From: Octopus sinensis
Lineage: Eukaryota
Direction of reading: 5' to 3'
Assembly: GCF_006345805.1 (NCBI RefSeq)
Contig: NC_043017.1
Coordinates: forward strand, 29,574,001-29,638,000
DNA length: 64,000 bases
The position numbers and the translations under genes were made by a program. Of this stretch, positions 12,639 to 25,602 are shown piece by piece (within the stretch, counting starts at the first letter, position 1; every line of letters starts with the position of its first letter). The notes under the pieces are model-generated. The model was not told the DNA's origin. It ran no database searches and worked only from the letters and a program-made list of their open reading frames with translations.

Positions 12639-13522
12639 TATATATATACATGTGTATATATATATATATTCATATGTATATATATATAATTATACATATA
12701 TATATATATACATATGTAATATATATATACATATATATATGTATACCTATGTATATATATATGTATACATATGTATATATATATATATACTATATATATA
12801 TATATTACATATGTATATATATATGTATAAATATATATGTACATATGTATATATATATATATACATATGTATATATATATATGTATAAATATATATGTAT
12901 GTATATAATATATATATGTATACATATGTATATATATATATATAACATATGTATATATATATATATATGTATACATATGTATATATATATATACATATGT
13001 ATATATATATGTATAAATATATATGTATGTATATATATATATACATATGTATATATATATGTATGTATATATCTATATATATATATATGTATGTTATATA
13101 TATATATATATATATGTCTGTATATATATATATATATATGTATGTATATATATATATATATATATGTATGTTATATATATATATATATATATGTATGTAT
13201 ATATCTATGTATATATATCTATGTATATATATATATTATATATGTATATATATATATTTATATATGTATATATATATATATTTATATATGTTATATATAT
13301 ATATTATATATATGTATATGTATATATATCTATGTATATATATAATATATATATTTATATATGTATATATATATTATATATGTATATATATATATATATT
13401 TATATATGTATATATATATTTATATATGTATATATATATATATTTATATATATGTATATATATCTATGTATATATATATATTTATATATATATATATATA
13501 TATATATAATACATATATATAA

Positions 13523-13553
<31 letters not shown>

Positions 13554-13560
13554 GACACAT
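12040..13560. repeat. About 1.5-kb compound (TA)-rich satellite ending in (CA)n
   Basis: TA runs interrupted by GTATACATAT/AGATATATG variants. Confidence 0.95.
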
Positions 13561-13623
13561 ACATTCATTTCTAAGTACGTATATGTATATGAATATCATT
13601 GCACTTATTTGTGTGTGTACGCA

Positions 13624-13657
<34 letters not shown>

Positions 13658-14224
13658 ACTATCACATATGTGTATGCATATGTATAGAAAATGTGTGTAA
13701 GTATGGAGGCCTAAGTTGAATTAAATTAACTATCGCAGTCGACGTCAATACTGGCCAGATATAAACGGAGAAAACACAAAATTCTCACAAACATACAATG
13801 CAATTATTAGATTTCTCCAGATTTTCAACCACATTCAACCGCTCTGCATACATAGATATGAATTTTGACTTCTTATTTGGGCATAAGGCCACAATTTGAG
13901 GGGATGGTTGAGGATGAGGGGTAAAATCTGCTTGCGAACTGTTTAACTTTGTTTTCCCTAAAGGCATTCGTGATGGAAATGAATAGCAATAAATCTAAAA
14001 GAGATCAACGTTGAATAATCGCATTATTATGATAAATGATATCTGAGATTTGCTGCAATGGAACTACGTAGATGTATAAAACGAAATACTAAAGTATCTA
14101 CACACACACATATATATACATATATATGCGTGTGTACACACACACACACATACATACATACGTATATGCATACATATACAAGCATATATATATATATATT
14201 TATATATATATATATATATATACA

Positions 14225-14373
14225 TTATATATATACATAGAGAGAGAAAGAGAGAGAGATACATACACATGTGTATGTACATATGTGTATATATAATATG
14301 TATATATATATATTATATACATAGAGATAGAGAAAGAGAGATACACACACATATGTGTGTATGTACATATGTG

Positions 14374-14425
<52 letters not shown>

Positions 14426-14500
14426 GAGATAGGGAAAGTGAGATACACACACATATGTGTGTATGTACATATGTGTATATATATATATATATTATATATA
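14225..14500. repeat. Three tandem copies of a unit of about 100 bp (ATACATAGAGA..GAGATACACAC..GTACATATG)
   Basis: Unit visibly repeated three times. Confidence 0.7.
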
Positions 14501-15004
14501 TATATATACACACACACACTCATATATACATATATATATGCATATATATATATAAAAATATATGTGAATATAAATATGTATAAATACATGTACACACACA
14601 CATATAGATATATATTATATCTATGTATGTTTGTATGTATGTGGGTATGTATGTACGTAACTGTAGAACTTTCTAGTATACGAATTTAGCGTTGATGACT
14701 TCTGGTACTTCAGTTAGCCAGAGATCCCCTTCGTGTCTGTACGGCTCGATACAAATAATGCACTAACTGGCCTCCAAATCCCATGGTAGCATCTCGGAAA
14801 CTATAATGAGAAAACATAGGGGTTTCTCATGGGCGGAATGCATGCATTTGTAGATGACCTGAAGTAAACCTGAGTTTAGAACTAGGGCAGCAAATGGCAC
14901 AGCTGTTACTACTGCAGCTGAAAACCCTTCAACCTCCACCCCGTCCCCTTCTCCTCCACCTCTATCAACTCTTCTTTTTCTTCGACCATCTCTTCCTCCT
15001 CCTC

Positions 15005-15300
15005 CTGCTTCTACTACTACTACTGCTATTATTACTTCTACTACTACTTCTACTACTATTACATTACTTCTACCACTACTATTACTACTACTACTAGTAT
15101 TATTACTACTATTACTACTACAATTATTGCTACTATTACTACTACTATTATTGCTACTATTTCTACTACTATTATTGCTACTATTACTACTACTATTATT
15201 GCTACTATTACTACTACTATTATTGCTACTATTACTACTACTATTATTGCTACTACTACTACTATTACTTCTTCTGCTACTATTACTACTACTACTACTT
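15005..15300. repeat. Trinucleotide-based satellite with a 24-bp higher-order unit CTACTATTACTACTACTATTATTG
   Basis: Directly visible; gives the poly-L and S/N ORFs. Confidence 0.9.
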
Positions 15301-15555
15301 CTTCCTGGCCACCTCACACTTCATATGCTCTCCGTTTGCTTCAGAAGCGATGCTTCTAAATGACTGCACCACCTACAATAACTGGCATCCAAATAACCAG
15401 AAGATATACGGTATAACGCAGTTACAGATGTATAAGTAAACGAAAAAGAAGAGGACAAGTCTGTGCCCCAGCATGGCCGCAGTCTAATGGCTGAAGCAAA
15501 TAAATTTTAGAAGATGTAATATGCCTGAATAAAACTTCGTTACAAACTTCAAGTG

Positions 15556-15645
15556 CAGAGTTTCCCAACCATTTTTATTTTGTATGATCCACTTTGGTTC
15601 CTGTTTTTCTCCAGCGGACCTCCATAGCCACTCGGTCTATGTTTT
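15556..15645 (+). mobile_element. Possible hAT/Charlie-like MITE left end
   Basis: Starts CAGAGTTTCCCAACC, resembling CAGTGGTTCCCAAC-type hAT termini (recalled). Confidence 0.4.
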
Positions 15646-16032
15646 ATATTTTACTTGGTTCATTCATTTGACTGCGGCCATGCTGGGGCACCATCTTGAA
15701 GTGTTTTAGCTTATATATATAAACACGTATGTACCTATGTATTATACATTTATGTGTGCGTGTCTGTGCCTATGTTTGTCTCCCACCACGGCTTGGTATC
15801 GGTGCGTTTATGTCCCCTTAACTTAGCAAATGGTTCGGCAAAAGCGGCCAATATTAGAAGTACTAGACTTTGAAAAATTAAGTTCTGTGGTCGATTTGTT
15901 CGGCTAAAACACTTCAAGATGGTGCCCCAGCATGGCCGCAGTCAAATGAATGAACCAAGTAAAATATAAAACATAGACCGAGTGGCTATGGAGGTCCGCT
16001 GGAGAAAAACAGGAACCAAAGTGGATCATACA
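15581..16032. repeat. Perfect 130-bp inverted repeat (15581-15710 / 15903-16032) with a 192-bp spacer
   Basis: Arms checked base by base as exact reverse complements. Confidence 0.95.
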
Positions 16033-16074
16033 TATATATTCATATTTATATATATATACCTAATACACTCTGAA

Positions 16075-16185
16075 GGCTTTGGTCGGCCCGAAAGCACTTG
16101 CCCAACTTTCAGCGCGGCGGGACTCAACCCGGAACCATGCGGTTGGGATGGGAGCTTCTTACCGCAAAGCCACACCTACGCCTAT
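16075..16185 (-). mobile_element. Head of an old family-B SINE whose body is inverted at about 15745-15960
   Basis: GGCTTTGGTCGGCCCG..CACTTGCCCAA..CCCGGAACCATG..CTTACCGCAAAGCCAC. Confidence 0.75.
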
Positions 16186-16809
16186 GTAAGATTTAAAAAT
16201 AAAAACAATGCTACTGTATTTTTATACTTAAATATTGGTACGAATTGTACTAAAAAGTTAGAATATTTTGGGTATAATCGATGTATGAGCTATTTATTGT
16301 ACAAAATTTGAGAACATTTTATAAGGACCATAGTAAATCCGGCTTATAATCATTGATCGTTAAACAACGCCCACAGCTACTAAATTCAAGTCCTGTGGGT
16401 CGCGGTGGCTGTTCTAGCGCATCTTCCTCACAGTCCTTTGGGACAAAGCCTTTAACTTATTCTCTTCTGGGACCATAAGACGGTGTGAATTACAGGAAAT
16501 TGTCTGCTCCACTCCTAATCTAAAGTTACTCTTAATAATATCTAATCTAATTTAAGAAATCCCGTAGGTGGGTGGATGTAATAAGTCGCTTGCTTTTGCA
16601 CCGCTGTGTATTGCACAAATGTATTTAGTGGAAGACATTCTCTTGTAAAGATTTTGTCGAAGACTTGGCAACGACTTAAGCTGCTTTTCCGCCGAACACA
16701 TACGAAACTAGAGTAATAGGCCATAGATATACCTTTCTTACCTCTAAGCTAATAATTCACAATTAAATTGAATGAATCACGATGAAGATTCATATAAGGT
16801 TTTCGAAAG

Positions 16810-17085
16810 GCGGTGAGCTGGGAGATACGCTAGCAGGTCCGGCAAATGCTTAGCGGCATTTCGTCTGTAATCAGTCAGCCTGCTAAAAATAGCAGGCAAA
16901 TACGTCTGAGATTCATATCTACAGTACGAAAAAGGAAAGGAACGTCTGCAAAATGATTATGAATTTATAAACAATATGGAAAATGATTGGGGGCTAGTCG
17001 TGACTGAAAAGCCCGCCATAAACATGGGCAGACAGTATACACATGGCAGGAAAGAAAACCTTACACCTGGCCTGAATTTAGTGTA
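16810..17085 (+). mobile_element. Old SINE-like element with a family-A head and a different body
   Basis: GGCGGTGAGCTGG..GCTTAGCGGCATTTCGTC then CAGCCTGCTAAAAATAGCAG; similar body fragments near 33.2, 43.5 and 44.5 kb. Confidence 0.5.
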
Positions 17086-17119
17086 TTGCTTCGACATTTA
17101 GTATTCTGGCGCTTCAAAA

Positions 17120-17314
17120 TATGTATGTACATGCATACATACATATCTATATATATATTCATGCATATATAATATATGTATACTCACACACACATATATA
17201 TATATATATTTATATAGTCTTACAGGTGTATTATCTATGTATATATATATATATAAATGTGTGTATGTGTGCATATAAACACATTTATGTATTATTTTCG
17301 TGTGTGCGTATATG

Positions 17315-17351
<37 letters not shown>

Positions 17352-17740
17352 ATATACATAAACACACACATATATTTAGTTTTACGGATGCATTATCTAT
17401 GTATATATACGTAAATATATGTACATATAAACATTTATATATTATTTTCGTGTGTGCGTATATATATGTATATATATTTATATACATACATATCCACACA
17501 CACACACATATATAGTTTTACAGATGTATCATCTATATATATATATATATATATATATGCATAAATATATGTGTGTGTATATGTGCATATCAACACATTT
17601 ATGTATTATTCTTGTGTGCGTATATATATATATATATATACACACATACATACACACGCATATATATATATACACACATACACATATATATATACACACG
17701 CATATATATATATACACACATACACATATATATATGTGTA
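17120..17740. repeat. TA/CA-rich array containing three related units of about 150 bp
   Basis: The TTACAGGTGTATTATCTAT..CACATTTATGTATTATT motif recurs three times with variation. Confidence 0.75.
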
Positions 17741-18323
17741 AATAAGCGCGCACAAACACAGATTTACACATATGTTCCATCTCCCTCCTTCACCTTATCA
17801 TCTTATTTCGTCTTTACTCATTCAACATACTTTACACCACCATTTGGTTTGTGTTTCTCCCGCCTCTAAAAATCTCAGCCCATTTCCTCCACTGTTTCAT
17901 TCTGCTTCTTTCTTATTATTTATGTCTTTTAGCCATGTTGTTTATGTTAGAAGTTTTCACTCTGCACATGGGGAGAATTTAAGAGAAACATTTCTTGAAC
18001 ATTCAAGAATGTTTTTTCATTACACAGAGCAGCCAGCCAGGATCTGACGGTCCTGATTAGACAGTATCCGGTGACAGAGTATATCCGGTCCAAATAAGGC
18101 ACGCACGTACGCACACACACACACATAAACAGATACACGCATACGCATAGAGACAGACAGATTTATACACGCGAGGTCTCACATGGACAGATATAAATTC
18201 TACGTTTGTATGTGTGTATAGGCATATATCTATAAAAATGTATTATATACATAGAAAGAAACGCACACACACATGCGCTTAACCCACCCGCCATATAAAT
18301 ATATATACATGCACACACTCTCT

Positions 18324-18356
<33 letters not shown>

Positions 18357-18419
18357 GTATGCGTACGTTGCTTAATGCCGGACGAAGGAGGAAGGAGTGC
18401 TTGTATGTATATTTATATA

Positions 18420-18431
18420 CACAGATACCTA

Positions 18432-18482
<51 letters not shown>

Positions 18483-18703
18483 ATGTAAGTATTATATATA
18501 TATATGTGTGTGTGTATGTAAGTATTATATATATATATGTGTATGTAAGTATTATATATATATATGTGTGTATGTATGTATTATATATATATATGTGTGT
18601 ATGTATGTATTATATATATATGTGTATATATATATATTATATATATATAATATATATATATATGTATGTATTATATATATATATATATATGTGTGTATGT
18701 ATG

Positions 18704-18747
<44 letters not shown>

Positions 18748-18887
18748 CGAGAGAAACATATATATATATATCTCTCTCTATATATATATGCGTGTGCGTT
18801 TGTGTCTTTATGTGTCTATGTGCTTAAATACACATACTTATACACATGTATGTATATACACATACACACAAACACTCACACATACAC

Positions 18888-18925
<38 letters not shown>

Positions 18926-18930
18926 TACAC
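18420..18930. repeat. (TA)n/(TG)n compound satellite
   Basis: Directly visible. Confidence 0.9.
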
Positions 18931-19614
18931 ACACACACAATAAGCACAAATACATTCGTACATGAATATGTACTTGCATACATATGAACATACATGCATA
19001 AATACATACAAACATGCATACACGCACACACACACACACACAAATACACACAAACAATATTCATGGCATTTAGTGTTTCTGATTGTTTTTTCTAATATTC
19101 TACAGGGACCACACAAACATTCATTTATTTTTTCTCCATTTCTCCTATTTCCCTTGTTTTCTTTTCCTTCTTGTCAGTTGTACTTCCTGAACCTTCAACA
19201 GTATCTTGGTAGAAAACGAATATATATATATATATATTCTCATTGAAAACTGAATGTAAACATACCACCCAGAAATACAAAACTTCTGCATTCTAATTAG
19301 CCATTGAAATTTTCAGACGAAGACATGTTCATTTAATAGGTCGTCGCTCAAATTTCTCTTGATTAACTTCTCATAACCGTGATATTCTCTCAGAAGTTAC
19401 ATTCGAGAATTTTATGCTACTAAAGGACATAGTTTTGCATTCCCGACGATAGGAAAATTGTACTTAGCCAAGAAGGGAATTTGGAAATGTGTTACAGGAA
19501 TTTATAAATATAAATATATATATATATATATGTGTATATATATATATGTGTATGTATATATATATGTGTATATATATCTATATGTACATAAATATATATA
19601 TATATATATATATC

Positions 19615-19647
<33 letters not shown>

Positions 19648-19689
19648 CTGTTTGTGTGTGTGTCTGACAGTTTTCAATATATCTGTGTA

Positions 19690-19815
19690 CGTCTTTCGGT
19701 GTCAATTAATTAAGTACCAGCTAAGCACTGGTGTGGATGTAAACGATTTTCTCCCTTTGTCTGTCCTCGTTTGTTCCTTGTGTGTTTAGCCCCTCTGTGG
19801 GCAATAAAGAAATAA
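19690..19815 (+). mobile_element. 5'-truncated SINE A with the long-tail variant (..AGCCCCTCTGTGGGCAATAAAGAAAT)
   Basis: Same tail as the tandem copies. Confidence 0.7.
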
Positions 19816-19921
19816 ATATATCTATACGTACGTACATTATGATGCATGTATGTATCTTGATGTGAAAATATGTATATACCAATATAACATCTACGTATAT
19901 GTTAATTTGTATATCTGTATA

Positions 19922-20323
19922 TACTCTTTACTCTTTTACTTGTTTCAGTCATTTGACTGCGGCCATGCTGGAGCACCGCCTTTAACCGAGCAACTCGACC
20001 CCGGGACTTATTCTTTTGTAAGCCCAGTCCTTATTCTATCGGTCTCTTTTTGCCGAACCGCTAAGTAACGGGGACATAAACACACCAGCATCGGTTGTCA
20101 AGCAATGCTAGGGGGACAAACACAGATACACAAACACACACACATATATAAATATACATATATACATATATACGACGGGCTTCTGTCAGTTTCCGTCTAC
20201 CAAATCCACTCACAAGGCTTTGGTCGACCCGAGGCTATAGTAGAAGACACTTGACCAAGGTGCCACGCAGTGGGACTGAACCCGGAACCATGTGGTTGTT
20301 AAGCAATGTACTTACCACACAGC
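19922..20323 (-). mobile_element. SINE family B, flanked by a 35-bp direct repeat
   Basis: Near full-length; flanks 19886-19920 and 20326-20360. Confidence 0.9.
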
Positions 20324-21168
20324 TAAACATCTACGTATACGTTCATTTGTATATCTGTATGTATGTCTGTTTTATACGTGTGTGTCTTATGTGCGCATTT
20401 GCAAGCTTACTGAACTATCCTAAAATTCATTTTATACGTTTTGGAAACGCTAACTTCCAAATCATTTCTCTCTCTCTCTCTAACACTTTCTTTCCTTCTA
20501 TTTTTCTCTTCCTCTTTCCATTTATGTTGCTCTTTCCTTTTTTCTTTCTGATTTTCCTTTTCGTTTTCTCGTTCTACCTTGTTAACAACTAAATACGCGC
20601 GAAGACACATTATATGTGTATATATAGTTACGTAGATACCCATATAAGCATTAATATATACATATGTTTTGCCTGTATTTGTTTATATATGTATGTAGGC
20701 ATTTAACAAAGCGTGAATATTTAGTGTACATATGTATGCATATGTTTTTGGTATGTGTATGCATAACTAAATGTACTCGTAGTTTTATGATGTTTCTTCC
20801 TTTTAGATGTTTTCATTTTAAACTGACATCTATTTTAATTAATTTAATTTATTTTACCATTAATTTATTTAATCTACCCTAGGTATAAGCGTTTTTTTCT
20901 CTTCTACTAAAGATAATTTTTGATTCAAGTTTTTCTACGATTTAAAATAATGATTTTAAATCGTAATTTTAACTTCATATAACCGGTTATTGAAAAGACC
21001 GTCAGTGGAAAGGAGCAATTTCGAATGTGTATCTATCAAAGTAATCGAATATTTATACATAAAACGTTAGTTTTGTTCCATTCTCAAACTAGACAGTCAA
21101 ACGGACAGGAACGCAAAGCTCTGAGTAAAAATGTTTGTCATATTTTTGCACTATATATATATATATAT

Positions 21169-21420
21169 TCTTTAATTCTTTTATTTGTTTCAGTCATTTG
21201 ACTGCGACCATGCCGGAGTTGCGCCTTTAGACGAGCAAACTGACCCCAGGACTCATACTTTGTAAGCGTAGTGCTTATTCTATCGGCTCCTTTCGCCGAA
21301 CCGCTAAGTTACAGGGACATAAACACATCAGCATCTATTGTCAAGAGATGGTGGTAAGAGGAATAACACACAGACAGGCAAACATACACACACATACATA
21401 CATACATACATACATACACA
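21169..21420 (-). mobile_element. 3' half of SINE family B
   Basis: TTGTTTCAGTCATTTGACTGCG..CCGCTAAGTTAC. Confidence 0.8.
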
Positions 21421-21490
21421 CGCACACATACATACACTGAATTTATTACAATGATGACTATTATTTATACGTTGTACGATATATATATAT

Positions 21491-21537
<47 letters not shown>

Positions 21538-21574
21538 CTGCATGTCTAAGTATGTATGTATATTTGTATTTATG

Positions 21575-22023
21575 CATCCTCGTGCTAGCAGAATTTGAAC
21601 TCCAAGAGTAAAAAGGAGTCTGATTGGTTACACGAACTTCAGTGCTCTAGCGTTGCTTATTTCATCGATCTCGAAAGAATGAATGGCATGGATGACCTTG
21701 GAAGAATTTGAACCCAGAATGTAAAGCGTCAGAAGAACTGGCGCTAACAATTTTGTTCAAGATTCTGTCATTTCGCCACCATTCCCAGTATAGATAATAA
21801 TGGGTTCAAATTTTGGCTGAAGGCCAAAAGTTTAGGATGAAGTGGTTAGTCGATTACATCAACCACAGTGCTTAACTGGGTCTCATTTTATCGACCCCTA
21901 ATTTACGAAAGGCAAAGTCGACTTCGATGGAATTTGAACGCAGAAGCATTTTTGACCGGCATACTAAGGATTCTGCTAGCTCATTGTAGACCGGCATACT
22001 AAGGATTCTGCTAGCTCACTGTA
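21575..22023 (-). mobile_element. Two degenerate family-A SINEs, the second ending in a 35-bp tandem duplication (21954-21988 / 21989-22023)
   Basis: Reverse-complement cores; GACCGGCATACTAAGGATTCTGCTAGCTCA(T/C)TGTA occurs twice. Confidence 0.7.
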
Positions 22024-22543
22024 TCCCCAGTATGAAGGATGATAATATGGTTCGGGCATTTGTTGATTTTCTTGAATCCGTTGACGACAATTGTGTTGTT
22101 AGACAACTTAACTATACTAAAATATGGAGACACACCGTTTTAATGGCCCCTGCATATCACCGAATTTTCAATTATACCGACACCTTAATATGAAGGTGAA
22201 ACTGGCTTGCCATCAGAACTGAAAATGAAGTGAATACTGAACTACGTGATTAGTTGAATGAAAAAAATACTGAGACATAAAAAAAAGATCGGATAGATTA
22301 ACCCTATTCGATGACACATAAAATTCACGGATTTTCTCAAAAACAAGAAAAATGTCTTAAAAAATCTTTCCTTATCCTGTACGAGGAGTCGGACCTCCCA
22401 CAATCTTTGATACGTTAAACATTTTGTTTTTTGCTTGAATGTGTACCGCTGATAATATGGTGCATCTAATATGACATCAAATACGACATGTCGTCCTAGT
22501 GTTTGAAAATGTCTTAATCACATCCATTCCAGAGAAATGAAAA

Positions 22544-22900
22544 CCTATTTCTTTACTACCCACAAGGGGCCAAACACAGAGGGGACGAACAAGGACAGAC
22601 AAACGGACCAAGTCGATTATATCGACCCCAGTGCGTAACTGGTACTTATTTAATCGACCCCGAAAGGATGAAGGGCAAAGTCGACCTCGGGGGTATTTGA
22701 ACACAGAACCTAGCGGCAGACGAAATACCTATTTCTTTACTACCCACAAGGGGCCAAACACAGAGAGGACGAACAAGGACAGACAAACGGACCAAGTCGA
22801 TTATATCGACCCCAGTGCGTAACCGGTACTTAATTTATCGACCCCGAAAGGATGAAAGGCAAAGTGGACCTTGGCGGAATTTGAACTCAGAACGTAACGG
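22544..22900 (-). mobile_element. Tandem SINE-A units, 184-bp period
   Basis: TACCCACAAG at 22557 and 22741. Confidence 0.9.
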
Positions 22901-23848
22901 AAAACCAAAGTGGGAGACCACGAATTTCGAAATCAGAATGCAAGGGTACTTAACTAAATATTTCCTCTCATTTCCTGCTACGCTCTAATTATTCTGATAC
23001 TAATCGCTTTAAAAGATAATTCGGAGGAGTGTGTGTTTAAAAATTGTGAGGTTATAGACGTTGATGCCAATGACAGTCACGATAATGTTTATGATAATAT
23101 TTATCTCGACAATGGCGATTATGTTTCGATGGTGGCGACTGCAGCTACGTAAGTAAGTAGGTAACAGAGGTGGAGAAGAAGGACGTAGAGAGAATAGACA
23201 AAGATTAGGAAGCCATTTGTCGTAGCATCTTTCCGATTGCACAGCCTGTAAGTACAAGCGAATGTGTCGCTTTCACAATGCATTACTCCCTTTTTCTTCA
23301 AACACCAGAGGTCGACAAAAGAAACAGAAAAATGATTGAGAGGGAGATATATAATCTCTGAAGGAACGTTAGCATTTCAATTGTAAGAACAAGAATTATA
23401 TTCCAAAGAATTTTAAAGAATGCACTCAAACGCATATATATTATATTCCCAGCCTTTAACAGGTATCTTATGAATTTATTAAGAATTGCATTTATGAACA
23501 TATTCCTACATCTAGTATTTCAATTGCGTTTACAATGGAAATGCTAGAGGCTTCACCTGTGGTTGTATTAACATTCATACAACGAACGGAAGCCAGAAGA
23601 ATTATATTACTGAAACAATTGTCCTTTCAAATAGAATGCATCAAGAAACAGTTGATCTTTCAAGAAATATCTATAATTCATAAAAGTCAACGTTCAATAT
23701 ACTTCACACAATTTTCATTATATAATTTTATTTACGACTATAAGTGAGACAGTCTGTTAGGAAATCGTATAACATTGACAACCGCTCTTAAGAGTCATAC
23801 TAATCAATAATAATAATAATACCAAGAACAACTCAATAATAACAAGAC

Positions 23849-23882
<34 letters not shown>

Positions 23883-23884
23883 GT

Positions 23885-24315
23885 TTAAAATTTTAGCACA
23901 AGGCCTAAAATTTAGAGGGAGGGCACAAGTCGATTACATCCACCTTGGAATTCTACTGGTAGGTTATTTATCGACCCCGAAAGGATGAAAGAAAGTCGAT
24001 CTCGATTGAATTTAAACTCAGAACCTAACGACTGGTTCGCCGCCTTACTACTACTACTACTACTACTACTACTAATAATAATAATAATAATAATGGCTTT
24101 TAATTTTGGCACAAGGCCAGCAATTCTGTAGAATGGAGAAAGTCGATTGTATCGGCCCCAGTGCTCAACTAGTACTTAATTTATCGACCGCGAAAGGATG
24201 AAAGGCAAAGTCGACCTTGGCGGAATTTGAACTCAGAAGGTAAAGACGGACGAAATGCCGGTCAAAATTTTAACCGGCTTGCTAACGGTCCTACAGTGCT
24301 AAAGTTTCACCGCCT
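23885..24315 (-). mobile_element. Two family-A SINEs with (ATT)n/(TAG)n tails
   Basis: Reverse-complement cores at about 23960 and 24180. Confidence 0.8.
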
Positions 24316-25331
24316 TAATAACAGCAACAACAAGGAGGAGTCGGAGGAGGAGGAAGACGACGTTTAAAAGGATGAGGGGGATGAGAAAGTAGTGAGGGCG
24401 GAGAGGGAGAAATATGGTGGATTGTTTTATTTCCTAATTGGGCGATGGATGAGAGAACACTGCATAGGCCTGGCTCAATGAGTGTCAATGTTTACATTGA
24501 AATGTGAAGGCAAAAGAAATGAAAAAAAAAACATACTATGTGTACCATATTTAAATATCTGTTGTGGAGTAGGAGTTGGGACACATTTCAACACTCCCTC
24601 CTCATTCTAAACATATGATACAGAGATAAATGTGAGAGATAAATTTAAGACAGACTTACAGAAATATGTACGTAGAAAAGAAACAAGTGTGAGCAAAATG
24701 CGTGTCATTTTAATTATATATAATCTAAATGGTGACTATTTATCACAGTTGAATTTACATTTGTACTGTGACCCAAATAGATGGAGATGCTATTTCGGCT
24801 AAATCCACCATCCACATAGAGAATGCTCACGTTGTTCGTTTACAATTGTGTAGTTATGTCCAGTATATTAGCACGAAACGGTTGAACTGTAAACTTCTAC
24901 ATAGAAGTGTCTATGATTGTAAGAAATATACCCTGAAGCGCTATTCAAATTACGTGACAATACACATTGCAGTGACTAACAAAGAACGCAAATAAATCCG
25001 TGCAATGTGCTAGCTACTACGACCTATATCTGTACATTCGATATAATCAAAGGCTGCAGCTCCTTATATAACTCGGCCATCTTTCATTTACAATTCATTG
25101 CACATTTGAGGATAAATTCTAATCAATGAAGGCTATTAGCTTGACGTTGCTTATTTCACATTAATGATTCCCTTCTCCTGTTAAAATTTTGCTGTTGGTA
25201 TTGATATTTGTCCTCATGCTTTCCCATTATCTGCGGGCAGATAATCCAAGGAACTGTGGGTTTTGCTCAAACTGTGGATATTTCCAGTATGCGGGGGCCG
25301 TCTAACTAAAAACCCTTTTATTTTCTCTTTT

Positions 25332-25440
25332 GTCTCCTTTCTGTAGAAGAGCACATAAAAGACACCTCCCAGTTCTAAACGTTAAAGACATCTTCCAATT
25401 CTCCTGAAAGTATTCATGGTACCTTTATTATATTCTTGCA
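25332..25440 (+). mobile_element. Short TA-anchored element with a decayed hammerhead-like motif
   Basis: GTCTCCTTT-CTGTAGA-A-GAGC..GTTC-TAAAC-GTT-AAAGAC; tail ends in a TA-rich repeat. Confidence 0.4.
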
Positions 25441-25568
25441 CTATACATACATATATATATATATATATATTGCTTTATTTACATTCCTGAACGCCATACT
25501 AATACAATTGTTTGTTTGTACTCCACCTGCCTTCGTCTTTTGTTTATTTTCATAAAGATTCCCGTTAT

Positions 25569-25602
<34 letters not shown>

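Noticed and set aside
14763-15363. Ser/Asn-rich and poly-Leu ORFs
   Set aside because: Trinucleotide satellite translated in different frames.
19140-19215. Very strong polypyrimidine tract and AG at 19176-19177
   Set aside because: No convincing donor before the microsatellite.
22544-22900. Regularly spaced repeats as a possible CRISPR-like array
   Set aside because: The units repeat in full with no unique spacers, in a eukaryotic SINE context.
24753-24995. IYICTVTQIDGDAISAKSTIHIE resembles the end of an Ig domain
   Set aside because: An in-frame TGA lies between the nearest acceptor and the motif, and there is no donor support; likely chance.
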